Below are positions 36,601-49,010 of a DNA stretch of 64,000 bases, piece after piece. The notes beneath the pieces are model-generated. The model was not told where the DNA came from. It worked only from the letters and a program-made list of their open reading frames with translations, and did no database searches. This stretch comes from Mobula hypostoma (taxonomy: Eukaryota): positions 28,088,001 to 28,152,000 of the forward strand of contig NC_086109.1 in the NCBI RefSeq assembly GCF_963921235.1, in the 5' to 3' direction. Both the position numbers and the translations under genes were made by a program. Within the stretch, counting starts at the first letter, position 1, and the number at the start of each line of letters is the position of its first letter.

Positions 36601-37759
36601 AAGACATTAGGTAACTGTAAGTTTCGATCAAAGCTGAATGCAATTGTTTGCTGATAATTTTTAAAGGTCCATAAGTCTGTACTAACTGGACAATTTCAAA
36701 TGTAATGCCAATGCCAAGGATGAGAAACCTCACACTGAGGTTTTGGGTGAATGTTTTTTGAGTGAGTCTGGAAACACTTGTTTATTTAAATTTGAGCATC
36801 ATCTTTAAACCAGCTAAAACCATGTTGAACTCTTGCTGTATTCTTGATCACCTTCACGACATACGCACTAGCAGACCATAAGAACACAGATCATTACCAG
36901 AACAAGGATTTGATGTGTGTTGAGATAATGAGATCTTCTTACGCGGCAAACTCAAAATAGAAAATGCTAGAAACGCTTCATGAAAAAGAAACAGTTAATG
37001 TTTCAGTCCCATCGTTCCTTCATCAGAATTTAGTTTGATGTAGCTGAGAAGGTAAGGAGATAGGACCGAAGAAAACGATGATCTCTGATGGGGCAGACTG
37101 GACAATTTGGCAGTTAAGGAATCAAAGCCGCTATCTCTATGGAATATGTTGCTAGAGGCCAGAGTCTATATCTAGACTAGTAAAAGCAAAGAGAAAATCA
37201 ACCAAAATAATAGAATGTTCTAATACAGAGGGAACGAAAGTGTAAATGACCCTAAAGTTGGAGAATTCAATATCAATTCCTGCAGGCTGCAAAGGGCCTA
37301 GATAGAAATGAGTTGGTTTTCAAGCTTGCATTTTATTGTGTTTTAACTGTGTAAGATGCCACAGACAGAAATAACAGAATATGAGTCTGATGGTAAATTA
37401 AAATGGATGCTCAGGGCAATGACTTTGGACTGAATGCTGATGCTCTGTAAAATTGCTACCCAATCTGCATTTGGTTTCTTCAGTGTAGGGAAGGCCACAT
37501 TGTGAACAGTGAATGCAGTACATTGGGTTGACGAAGCACAGGTGAATCACTGCTTCAGATGGAAGGAATGTTTGGGTCCTGGAAGGTGGTAAGGGAAGAG
37601 GTCAAATGACAGATATTGTGTTTCCTACAACCACATGGGAAATGGCATAAGATAGTCAGCAAGAAAGGTGGACCAGGAAATTGCAAAGGGAGCGATTCCT
37701 TCAAAATGCTGATATGGGAGAACAGGGGATTACATGCCTGGTAGTTGAATCCTTTTGGA

Positions 37760-38350
37760 GATAGATAGATAGAAAGATAGACATACTTTATTGATCCCGA
37801 GGGAAATTGGGTTACATTACAGTTGCACCAACCAAGAATAGAATATAAATATAGCAATATAAAACCATAAATAATTAAATAATAATATGTCAATTATGCT
37901 AGATGGAAATAAGTCCAGGACCAGCCTATTGGCTCAGGGTGTTTGACTCTCCAAGGGAGGAGTTGTAAAGTTTGATAGCCACAGGCAGGAATGACTTTCT
38001 ATGACGCTCTGTGCTGCATCTCGGTGGAATGAGTCTCTGGCTAAGAGTACTCCTGTGCCTAACCAGAACGTTATGTAGTGGATGGGAGACATCCACAGAC
38101 TCATAGAACATCCTCAGCATCGTCCGACAGATGTTAAAGGACCTCAGTCTCCTCAGGAAATAGAGACGGCTCTGACCCTTCTTGTAGACAGCCTCAGTGT
38201 TCTTTGACCAGTCCAGTTTATTGTCAATTTGTATTCCCAGGTATATGAATTATATACCATGCCCACACTGACCCCCTGGATGGAAACAGGGGTCACCAGT
38301 GCCTTAGCCCTCCTCAGGTCCACCACTAGTTCCCTAGTCTTTTTCACATT
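37760..38350 (-). mobile_element. Rex1/Babar-like LINE 3' fragment with (TATC)n tail
   Basis: NVKKTRELVVDLRRAK...PVSIQG, and HPLHNVL...CSTERHRKSFLPVAIKLYNSS. Confidence 0.8.
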
Positions 38351-38399
38351 ATTGTTCACATTATTAGCCCTATTATTGGAGCTACAGAAATTGCAAAGA

Positions 38400-39177
38400 C
38401 CATTAGACCATACGATACAGGAGCAGAATTAGGCCATTTGGCCCATTGAACCTGCTCCTCTATTTCATTATGGCTGACCTAATTCTTCTCTCAACCTCAA
38501 TCTCTTGCCTTCCCCTTGTATCCCTTCATGCCTTGACCAAGCAAAATCTATCAACTTCTGCCTTAAATATACATAGACACTTGACCTCCACAGCTGCCTA
38601 TGGCAACAAATTCTACAGATACACCACTCTCTGGCTTAAGAAGTTCCTCCTCATCACTGTTCTAAAAGGACGCCACTCTATTTTGAAGCCATGCCCTCTG
38701 GTATTAGACACTCCCACCACAGGAAACATCCTCTCCACATTTGCTCTATCAAGGCCTTTCACTGTTTGATAGGTTTCACCCCTCATTCCACTAAATTCCA
38801 GTGAATACAAGCCCAGAGCCATCAAACTCTCATCAAATGACAAGCCGTTTAATCATGGAATCATTTTTGTGAACCTCCTTTGAGCTCTCACCAGTTTCAG
38901 CACATCCTTCCTAAGATAAGAGGCCTAAAATTGCACATAATACTCCAAGTGAGGCCTCATAAAGTCTCAACATTACATTCTTGCTTTTATATTCTCGTCC
39001 TCTAGAAATGAATGCTAATATTGCATTTGCCTTTCTTTTCATAGACTTCACCTGCAAATTAACCTTCAGGGTAGACTGAATAAGGACTTCCAAATCCCTT
39101 TGCATCTCAGTTTTTTGTATTTTATCTCCATTTAGGAAATAGTCAACCCTTTCATTTCTTCTACCAAAGTGCATCAC
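38400..39177 (-). mobile_element. CR1 LINE 3' fragment
   Basis: MHFGRRNERVDYFLNG...QRDLEVLI...KANAILAFISRG, and LGLYSLEF...RRNFLSQRVV. Confidence 0.85.
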
Positions 39178-39519
39178 CGAAAATGATCTGTTGAATGCAG
39201 AGGTTGTTGGAATGGAAGGACACGGAACTCTGTTCTTGCTCTACACGGAAGGTGAAGAGGCGAGTAGAGATGTAGCAAATGAATGAGATGCAGTCAGGGT
39301 TCCTGTCCACTGTGGTAGAGGAGAATCCATGATTCAGGAAGAACGGAACATTTTTGGAAGGTCCTGTACTACAAGTCTTGATGAAGATGGAAGAACTGGG
39401 AGAATGGAAGGAGACCCTTATTGGAGTCTGGGTAGGAGGAATAACAATAAAGGTAGCTGTGAAGCAGCCCAGTAGGTTGGCAGCATATGTGAAAAGAGAA
39501 ACAGAATATGAGAAATTAG

Positions 39520-39965
39520 AACATAGATCAGTACAGGCCTTACGGCCCAAGATGCTCTGCTGACATTTTAACTTACTCTAACATCAATCTAACCCTTCCC
39601 TCATACATTGCCCTGCATTTTTCTTTCATCCATGTGCATATCTAAGGGTTTCTTAAATGCCCCTAATGTATCCGCCTGTACTGCCACCCCGGCAGAGTGT
39701 TCCATGCACCCACCCCTCTCTGTGTAAAGAACTTAACTATGACATACCCCTATATTTTCCTCCAGTCATCTAAAACTTATACCCATTTGCATTAGCAATT
39801 TCCAGCCTGAGAAAATGTCTCTTTCTATCCACACTAGCTAAATCTCTTATCATCTTGTATACCTCTATCAAGTCACCTCTCATCCTTCTTTGCTCCAAAG
39901 AGAAAAGACCTAGCTTGCTCAACCCAGTTTCAAAAGACGTGCCCTCTCGTCCCTGCAGCACCCTG
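39520..39965 (-). mobile_element. CR1 LINE 3' fragment
   Basis: LGLFSLEQRRMRGDLIEVYKMIR. Confidence 0.75.
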
Positions 39966-39979
39966 GACTAGAGAAAATT

Positions 39980-40188
39980 CTCTTTTTAACTTCAATACAT
40001 TAAATCTAATTCAAATTTAGACCTGGAAATCTGAAATGCGGGTCTAACTTGGAGTTTACTTTAAGCGAAACCCGCACATAACAAGTGGTAGCGTGATGAT
40101 GTATGCAATTATGTAACCAATAAAGAATTATCTAAATGAACATGAATGTTTAATCAACCAGTATTTATTAAATATTAATTAGACAACA
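39980..40188 (-). mobile_element. Possible solo/partial LTR
   Basis: Minus strand starts TGTTG and contains an AGTAAA poly(A)-like signal. No CA end or TSD could be fixed. Confidence 0.3.
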
Positions 40189-40256
40189 GTTTCTATTTCA
40201 GATTTCCAGCTTCTGCATTTTTGTTTTGATTTTGTTGGTTATATGTCAGATGTATA

Positions 40257-41500
40257 TTGACCATAAGACCACATGAAAAATGATCGTGTCGATCATTCAG
40301 CCTTTGAGCGTACACTACCTTTTGAAAGGATGATGGCTGATTCAACTTACTGTACATCACCAACTTACCTGCTCTATCACCAAAATATTTGATTCCTTTA
40401 CTGATTGAAAACGTATTTGTCTCAACTTTAAATACATTCATGGATTCAACCTCCAGAACATTTTGGGGCAAGGAATGCTGAAAACTCACAACCCTTTGAA
40501 AGAAGAACCTTTGTTTCTCATTCTTTAATGGGCTCCCCTTACTGAGACCCATGAACATTGCTACTTGGCATTCCTATGGGGAAATTGTCCTACTAGCACT
40601 TACCCTGTCAAATCCCTCCCCTGTATTCCACATTAAAATCATCTTTTTGTCTTCTTAATTCCAATAAGTACAGACCCAACCTGTTCAACTTTTTCTCAAC
40701 ATTCCAAGATCATCTTAAAGAACTTTCTTTGAATAGTCTCCCATGACAATATCTTTCCATGAGTAAAGATACCCAATACTTTAGATGTTGTTCCATTAGT
40801 GTCTTGTACATTTGTGGCAAGACTTCTGTATGTCCATACTCCCAGCAGCTTGGAATAAAAGTCAACCTTCCGTAAACTACACCAATTTCCTGCTGTACCT
40901 GGATGCTAGTCTTCTGCATTTTGTATACAAAGACCTCATATCCTTTGGTGCTGCAATTTTATGCAGTCTCCATCACTGAAACAATAATCTGTTTTATCAT
41001 TCATTCTTCCAATGGAACCATGTTTCCTTACATTATACTCCCTCACTTAACCTAACTACACTATTATCCACTCACTTAACATATCTCCATGGCTCCCTGA
41101 GCTCTTCATATTCTCCTCATTAATCTTCTCCCTGCCTCTGTATCATCTGCATTTTTTTTCAGTCCTTTTGGTTCCTTTCTATAAGCCATTCTTTCAACCT
41201 GCAGTTCCTCACTAAAACTTAAACACACCACTAGTTACACATCACCAAGCTGAAAATGACCCTTGTCCCTTCTCATCACTTACTGTTAGTCAATCCTCTA
41301 TCCACGCTAATATTTAATCTCCAACAGCTCAAGTTCTCATCTCATGAAACAATATCTCACCTCATGTTTCTTTTAAAAATCTATGTATATTACATTTTAC
41401 TGGTTCCATCCACTCTATCTAGCTGATATTTCATGAAAGATTAATATATTCCTCAGATTTTCTCTTCATGAAATCATGTTGCCTTTGCTTGAATAGAATT
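40257..41500 (-). mobile_element. Old CR1 LINE fragment
   Basis: QRFFFQRVVSFQHSLPQNVLEVESMNVFKVE, and EVLPQMYKTLMEQHLKYWV. Confidence 0.7.
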
Positions 41501-41599
41501 TAATTTTATAAATATTCTCCTTTACATTACCTCCTTTCCTATTACCTCCTTTACAAATAAGGTAGATGAACTGAAAACTTTAATTAGCGTGGGACTTCA

Positions 41600-42108
41600 A
41601 GTATTTCAGTAAGACAGTAGCACGCTTGGTTGCAGTGGTCACTCTGGGTCCAACAAATAGTGCTAATGCAGGCCCTCAAGCCACAGTGTCACCTGTCATA
41701 GCCGCCCAGAGAGGGAAACACAGAAGCTGGTGTTGGAGAGAACAGAGGTGCAGCAGTGTGCTGGGATCCAAATGGGCTCCTGCAGGCTGGCTCTCCTGTC
41801 GATGTGGCTCTCCAGTGTTCGCTCCCTGGAAGACAATCTAGACCTAGTGTGAGTTGAGGAACTGCTACGTGCTTGTTTCTTGCAGAAACGTGGCTCCAGA
41901 ACAACATCTCATGCACCATCAAACCTCAGGACATGCCATTCAGGGACTTGTGCTAACATTATGCTATGATTGTATATGTGCCTTGTGTGAATGTATGTCT
42001 TATGTTTTATACCTTGGCCCCAGGGGAATGATGTTTCATTCAGCTGAATATATGTATATAGTCAAATTATAATTAAACTTGAACTTGAAATTGTTCTTGA
42101 ACTTGAAC
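41600..42108 (+). mobile_element. Short internally deleted Rex1/Babar-derived element (5' endonuclease start fused to a 3' tail)
   Basis: SSVRSLEDNLD...LRNCYVLV..AETWLQNNI resembles the APE endonuclease N-terminus (NVRSL...ETWL). It is followed within about 200 bp by a 3'-UTR-like segment and a (CTTGAA)n tail. Confidence 0.55.
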
Positions 42109-43079
42109 ATTGTTGCCATCTCTGAGACAAGATCGAAGTGATGGGTAGGAATAATGACACAATATTGCAGAATATATATTTTCCAGGCAAGACAAAGGGA
42201 AATGCAAAAAGTTAAGAAGCATTGCGACATTAATCAAAGAATGTGTTACTTCAGTACTGAGGGAGGTTCCTCAAATTACACCCTATCGATCGAGCTGAGG
42301 AATACAAGTGTACAGTGACTTTGTTGCAGGTGTATTACAGACCAACAGAAGCCAGAGCAATGGATATACAGGCAAACAGCAGAGAAATAAGGTGAAATGA
42401 GGGCCATAGTACTGGGGGGGGGGGGGGGGTATCAATTTTCCAAGTGTTAACCGGAAATGTCTTTGCATAGGAGACTCATGGTGGAATTTTTGAGAAAGGT
42501 CCAAAAGAGATTTTTGACACGGTAAGGGAAGGAGCATTCAAGGACATTCTCTTGCGAAATGTGGCTGGTCAGGTGGAGGGAGTCTCAGTGGGAGAGCAAT
42601 TAGGAGGTAGTAACTACTTCCATACATTTCAAAATGGTTATGGAAAATGATAAGGAGAGACTGAGCATAAAGGTCTTTGATCGCAGGAGGCCAATTTCTG
42701 TAAAATATTCCATTTTCCCCCAATTTAAGACCTTTCTGCTTTTGTCTAATACTAATTTTCTTGGGATGGTAATGGCATTCATTGGCATTGCTTTGACATT
42801 CAGGAATATTCATTGCACATTTACCCTAAACACTTATTTTGCATCAGACTTTAACTCCTTCCTCATTTCCTTGTTTCCTGTGACAATTTCCCCAGTTTCA
42901 TTCTCTAAGGGGATAAATGCAAGACTTAAGAATACAATGTAGTTCTGTGGTTTGAAAATGCAAATTACGTTAAAACTACCTGATCGAGGTTGTTGAAAGT
43001 TGGTAGTTAGATGCAGATTAGAGTATTAGAGCATTTTATATTCTGCCTTCGTAGTCCCCAACCTAACAGCATAATAATT

Positions 43080-43570
43080 GATTGCTCTAACTTCTGGTAA
43101 ACTCCCCTCTCTGTTTCCCTTCCCCACTTTTTCTCCTTAGCCATTCAGCTTCATTACTCCTTCTCTTTCACAGTCTTCACCTCCTCGATCTGTCTACCAT
43201 CCAAATATCCCTCGCTCTGGTTCTGCTTCTCACCTCCCTCCCTTTATTCAATGATCTACTGTCTTTTCCTATCAGATTCCACCTTCTTCAGCCTTTGTCA
43301 CTTGCATTCATCAACAGCTTCTTGCATCATTCCCAATCTCCCATTCTCTTCACTTGCCTAGTTTCCCCCTCTCAGCTTGATCCATCCATCACAGACCAGG
43401 TGTTGCTCCTCCCCTTCCTCCCACCTTCTTAAACTGGCTTCTGTTCTTTTTCTTTTCAGTCCTGATAAAGGGGCTTGACCCAAAACATTGACTGCCCACT
43501 TTCCTCCATAGATGCAACTTGAGTTTCTCCATCATTTTTTATGCTTCCAGCTTCTGCAGACTTCTTTGTG
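43080..43570 (+). mobile_element. Old Penelope terminal-repeat fragment
   Basis: CTCTAACTTCTGGTAA ORF end, pyrimidine tract, and decayed hammerhead CAGTC CTGATAA...AAAACATTGACTG at 43457-43494. Confidence 0.65.
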
Positions 43571-46500
43571 TCTCTACCAAACCAATTAAGCGCCTAAGAT
43601 TATATAAAACACTGCCCAGAAGGCGGCAATGGCAAACTATTTCTACAGAAAAATTTGCCAAAAACAATCATAGTCACAGATAGACCATGATTGCCTATGT
43701 CATAGGACATGACACGTGATGATGACAATGAATATTATATGGATATATCTGGTAAACATGATTAACAAGGAAATGCTGAACCAGGCATTTATTAGCAGAA
43801 AGTTGAGTGAAAAGAAACAAGGTATCAATTTCTGACAACAGCTACTTTTAGTATGATTTCATTACAATTACAACTGTGAATTAAGTCGTTATCGCAGTTT
43901 GAAGTACTAGCATGAAGATGCTCATAAAATCATTGGGAGCATCTTGACTATAAAATAATACAAAAACTTGCCTGTCACGAAAGATTACTTTATCACTGAT
44001 AAATTGAATTATGTGCAATCAATTCTTTTTTTTTAAAGTTCTGTATTCAATAAACTATAGCTGGATCAATCCAGATTCATTGATACACTAGAATCTCATA
44101 AAATAGCTCTTTCACAGTAGGGTTAATTTCACCACCAGTAGAGCAGTTAATACATTTTAAATGTGCAAAGAATAAACATGAATTTTGACAAATGGATGTA
44201 TTGTAGGCTGAAGTGAAAATAGTTCATGTTAATTGTGAGAAGACAAGTAACTGCTCTTGGCAAATAAGGGGCAGTTATCAGGTGAACTGGCTGACCCAAG
44301 ATTTGAAGTTGGGTGTGGTTTACAAGATAATAACTAAAAGCTTCTTTCCAGGATAAATAGAGATTTTTTTTTAGAAGCTTTGCAATATTTCATAAGATAT
44401 AAAGAGAAAATACAAAATATCTGGGGTACTATATGAGGCAAGTTTGGTTACTTTTTGTCCATTGTTTTTGCAAGCTGTTCAGATCCATGTGACAAGCAAA
44501 CAAAACATGACAGGCAAATCAAAGGCAAGGGATAGAGCCACATAAGGCAATAATAAATAGAGTAAGAGTTGGCTTTAATGCCCGGTCTGCCATTCATTAA
44601 CACGTTAGCTGATGTTTTACCTCAGCACTATCTCCTCATCCCTTGGTCCCTTAACACTTGAACCCTGTTGGATGGAATATAACAACTGAGTGTCACAGCC
44701 CTCCACAGAGACCAGAAATTCCTTAGATTTCAGGAAACTGTTTCATGTAAAACTGAGTGAAGCCTGGGCTTCTCACTAGAGGAAACATTGAACGCTGGAA
44801 CATGCATCATATCTGAGAATGTGACATATATTTCCAACACTTTAGAAACCCAGTAAAGACACTGTGATGGCTGTATTTATTTTCAATATTAGAACTTTTT
44901 TTTAGGTTCATCCTCATTTAGTAGCATTAAATATACCATACTATATAACTAATAATCAAAATCAACTGAATGAATTTTGAGACGGGGTACAAAATAATTT
45001 TGACACTTCCTACAAAATATGGAACCATAATCCCAAGCATCTGCGTATTGAACAAGCGCAGAGAGCAGGAGATGTGCCTTTGTCAGAAGATGAGTTTTGA
45101 GCTAACTTTCTTTGTCCCAGCATGAGCATATGCATGTGGATTTAATTTTCCCTAAATAATTCATGTTCATTCATTCAAAGACTAAAGAGCTAATTATGAC
45201 TGTTTCACATTTAATCTCTTCATCATAAAAAATGCAACTACCTTTCAATTTTCTCGTCTTCCTTGACTTTTCTTATTTTCGTCATGACTTTAGACTTTTT
45301 AGAATGGTTGGCAGTAATTTGTAAGGTAGAGCTCTGATAATGTTGCTAACTGTTCTTGAAAAGCAAGTTACAATTTCCCAAGAGGTTTATTTGGAGTTGG
45401 GATGACAGTGAGAAAATCATTAGCTTTACATCAACAGGATGGCCTTAAACAAAATATCAGCCTTACAAATATGACGCTACTAATTATAAGCACAGCTGGA
45501 GGCCACTCAGCACCAATCATGTGTTGATATGACTCCTGAGGTTTTAGATATTAAACTATAACTTTGTCTGTGATTTAATCATTAGGGAACACATTGTGTG
45601 AACAGTTACCCTTTATTTACACAAAATTACATAGCATTGTCACTGAGTTTTGCTCATTTATTCAGATGGTACGTTGGACAACAGCTAAACAAAAAACGGA
45701 ATTATAATCCTATGTATTTGCATGCTAAGCAAGTGCAGACAGCAGCAAATGTGTGTTAACTTCACCCAAAGAAATAATAAGCTTTCTTATTATAATACTG
45801 AAGTTTATGACTCCAGTGACAGTATATCCTCTCTTGTCCATTCTCATTCTCGAACAGTCATTTACAGATGTGTGTAAGGATGTAGCACAGCATAGCATCA
45901 TGCAATGTAGAACATGTTAAGTATGTTCTCCCAGGTGGTTATGCCCTTAATAAAGAATGTCTGTGCGTGACTTTGTTTCATGTGACGTGGCTGATGGATG
46001 GACAGGCAGCCACCACATGGTTCTTGACAGATCAGGGTCAGGATCCAGTGGCACGGCATGCAAAATGATTGGGGACAGTTCACTGTTACAACCTTCCTCC
46101 ACCTACATTACCATTATCTACCACTAGCTCCACCACTGAGGTCTTGGTTGGATCACTCTTTGTCTGTATCCTCCACCTTCATTTCTTTAGCCAGAGAGTG
46201 GTGAATTCTTAGCCACAGATAGCTGTGGAGGCCAAGTCTTTATGTACATTTAAGGCAGAGATTGACAGATTCTTGATTGGTCAGGGCATGAAGGAATATG
46301 GGGAGAAGTCAGGAGATTGCAGCTGAGAGGAAATTTGGATCAGCCATGATGGAATGGCAGAGCAGACTCAATGGACTAAATGGCCTAATTCTGCTCCTAT
46401 ATCTTACGGTCTTATATAACATTCTAGGTATGAATGTTGATGCCATGAAGCCATCTTTGTTGGGGTGGGGTGGGGAGGAGGGAATGTGCTGGGATATAAA

Positions 46501-47278
46501 TGATGAGTGTTAATTGCCACTGGCTTTGGGCCTAAACTCTGAAATAAAATCACAAGTGTGGTACTCAAAAGGAGCCCACCAGTGACAGGTGAATCAATGT
46601 CAACAGTGCCTGCTGTCACAATGGTCTTCAAGTCAGTAAAGAGGAGAGTGATTTGAAATTCTTCAGCTGATAGAAAAGCAGGGTGCTCAGGGTCAAGACC
46701 TCAGTGACTAAATGCTGTCGACTTCTTAGGGCTAGTTAAGGAAACTGATATTTGGTAAGTGGGTCCAGAATTCATACACCAAGGACATATAATTTGGGCA
46801 ATGTAATGCGTGAAAAATCCATCTTCTGGTTGAAGTGTTACATAATAAATTGCCATTAATGTACAAACTGAATCTACTAAGACATACTTTCATTGATGGG
46901 AATTCAGTTAATTTTCTTAAATGTAATGCCATCGGTAGCACATTGGATTGTTTGAGTGAAATGCTGAGAATTCGAAAAAAAATTCTGATTTGATTAAATG
47001 ATTTGGCATTCCATTTATTTTTGAATTGGGCTTCTGCTGCAAGTGCAATTGCTTTTTCCAATATGGTGGGGGTAGTAACTACAGCTAGCAGTGTCTTGGT
47101 TTCACACTCTCTGTGGTGGAGACTTTGGAAGCCTGAAAGCTTTGAATAGCGTAACCAAGTGCACGGGGCAACATTAAGAACCTGCTGTGGAGAAATGCTT
47201 GTCTTGGAGTCATTGAGTCACACAGCATAGAAACATGCCTTTCGTCTTACCATGTCCATACACATTTACACTAATCCC

Positions 47279-47386
47279 TCTTTCTTCAGTTAGTCCTGAT
47301 GAAGGGTCTCGGCCTGAAACGTCGACTGCACCTCTTCCTATAGATGCTGCCTGGCCTGCTGCGTTCACCAGCAACTTTTATGTGTG
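47279..47386 (+). mobile_element. 108-bp Penelope-derived insert consisting mainly of a hammerhead motif, 13-bp TSD
   Basis: TTACACTAATCCC at 47266-47278 and 47387-47399. The insert is near-identical to 61290-61398. Confidence 0.88.
47291..47328 (+). ncRNA. Minimal type-I hammerhead ribozyme motif (intact core)
   Basis: UAGUC-CUGAUGA-AGG GUCUCGG CCU-GAAA-CGUC-GACUG: stem I, catalytic core, stem II, GAAA and a GUC cleavage triplet. Confidence 0.75.
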
Positions 47387-47962
47387 TTACACTAATCCCA
47401 TTAGTCTGCATTAAAACTGTATCCTTCTGTGCCAAGTCTTTCTTCAGACTCTGCGTAAATACCTTTTAAAAGTGGCAATTGTACCCAATTCCACTACCTC
47501 CACTGGCAGCAACGTTCAACTAACTGGTGTAAAAAAAATGCTTACCCCTCAAATCCCCTTTAAACCTTCTATTCTCATCTTAAACCCAAACCCAGTTGTT
47601 TTTAATACGGTGACGCTCTGGGGAGGGGGTCAGCATGATTGACAGCCTGCCCCTGCATTTCTAATGACCAATACTGTTTATTTTTCTTGTGTTAAAAAAC
47701 TTTTGTGGGGTTATCATGGGAAGTTTCAGTTCATTTATTGTTACATTTTAGGTTGGATTGTACAGTCATTTGCTTGTGTATTTGTGAGTCACGCTAACTG
47801 TAACCGGGGTGTGTGATGGTCACCTCCCCCACCTGTATGAGACTGGTGGGGTTCACGCTCCGGGTCGGGGTACCCAGTCTGTTTTGTGTTTATCACAATA
47901 AAACTGTTGTTGAGTTTAACGAGCTTCCTCGTCTGTCACTATGGACCAAATACTCGCCACAT

Positions 47963-47980
47963 TGGTGCCAGGAGTGGGAT
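47963..47980 (+). promoter_or_regulatory. Primer binding site, tRNA-Leu
   Basis: TGGTGCCAGGAGTGGGAT differs by one base from the complement of the tRNA-Leu(CAG) 3' end (TGGTGTCAGGAGTGGGAT). Confidence 0.75.
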
Positions 47981-48339
47981 GCGAGTTCAACGACGAGATT
48001 GAAGAGCTACGATATCAGATAGAGTGCCTTAAAATCCGGGGAATAAGATGAGGGACTGAACAGTATGCCTCCCCCGCACTCCCGAGCAGGGCAGGAAGAT
48101 GAGACCCGGAGGGAGGACCTGGGAACCGAGCATTGTGCCTTCCCAGGGAGCCCCGACAGAGTGAGCGTACCCATGCTCTCCAACCCGGGGGATAAAGTGG
48201 AGCGCATCACTTGCCTCCGTAGTGACCCGCGTCAGGGAACCTAAGATGCCGCAACCATGGGAGGATGCGCACCACGGCAGACGCCACCGGAGCAAAGGGA
48301 AGATCAAAGGGCCTCAACGATTTGCGCCTCAAGGTCCAC

Positions 48340-49010
48340 CCTGAAGCTCCCGAGATACGATGGTACCAGCCGCCTGGAGCCTTGCCTGGCGCAAGTCAAA
48401 CTTGCCACATGGCACAATGGGTGGAGCCCCACCGAGACAGCGGTGCACCTTGCTCTGGCACTGGAGGGAGATGCCCTGCAGGCCCTTCACGACCTAACAC
48501 TTGCGGAGCAGTATTGCTACAGGGAGCCTGTAGTGCTGCTGGGTCGGCAGTTTGAGCAGAGACCACTGGTGGAAGCAATGGGGGAAGATCTGTGCAGCAG
48601 ATGGCACTGTATGGGCGAAAGTCTGGGGGCATTGGCAGTTAATCTTCGCCACTGTGCTACCCGCAGTTCCCTCCCACGGCCCAGGAAGAGCTTGCCCTCC
48701 ACGCCTTTGCAACGGCGCTGGTGCTGGTGCGCCTTCAGCAGCATGTTCGCCTGACATCACCATCGTTGCCGGATGAGGCGCTGGCTGAGGCGGAGAGGGC
48801 AGAAGCAATTTTAGCTTTCCAAAGTGTTCCAGCATCGCTCCGCATGCCACGAGCCCGGGATTATGTCACTGAGGGTGAGGAGGAAACTGACGAGAAGGAG
48901 CCCGTGAGACAGGTTCGACCAGCGCCGCCCCGACCCCGCTGGCACCCACGAAACGATCTCTGCTACTGGTGTGGTGAGGCAGGACATTTGGCCCGGGACT
49001 GCCCCGAACT
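48340..49010 (+). pseudogene. Decayed Gypsy gag with CCHC zinc knuckle
   Basis: LKLPRYDGTSRLEPCLAQVKLATWHNGWS...LALALEGDALQAL, a frameshift near 48650, then CYWCGEAGHLARDC. Confidence 0.8.

Larger units (their letters stand above)
36950..39500 (-). mobile_element. Old Penelope-like element split by Rex1 (37760-38350) and CR1 (38400-39177) insertions
   Basis: 37250-37758, 38376-38399 and 39178-39500 resemble the reverse strand of the GIY-YIG region at 60530-61000. Degenerate terminal repeat at 36950-37030. Confidence 0.55.

Noticed and set aside
42538..42580. Minus-strand DQPHFARECP resembling a zinc-knuckle end
   Set aside because: It lacks the first two cysteines and any gag context, so it is likely chance.
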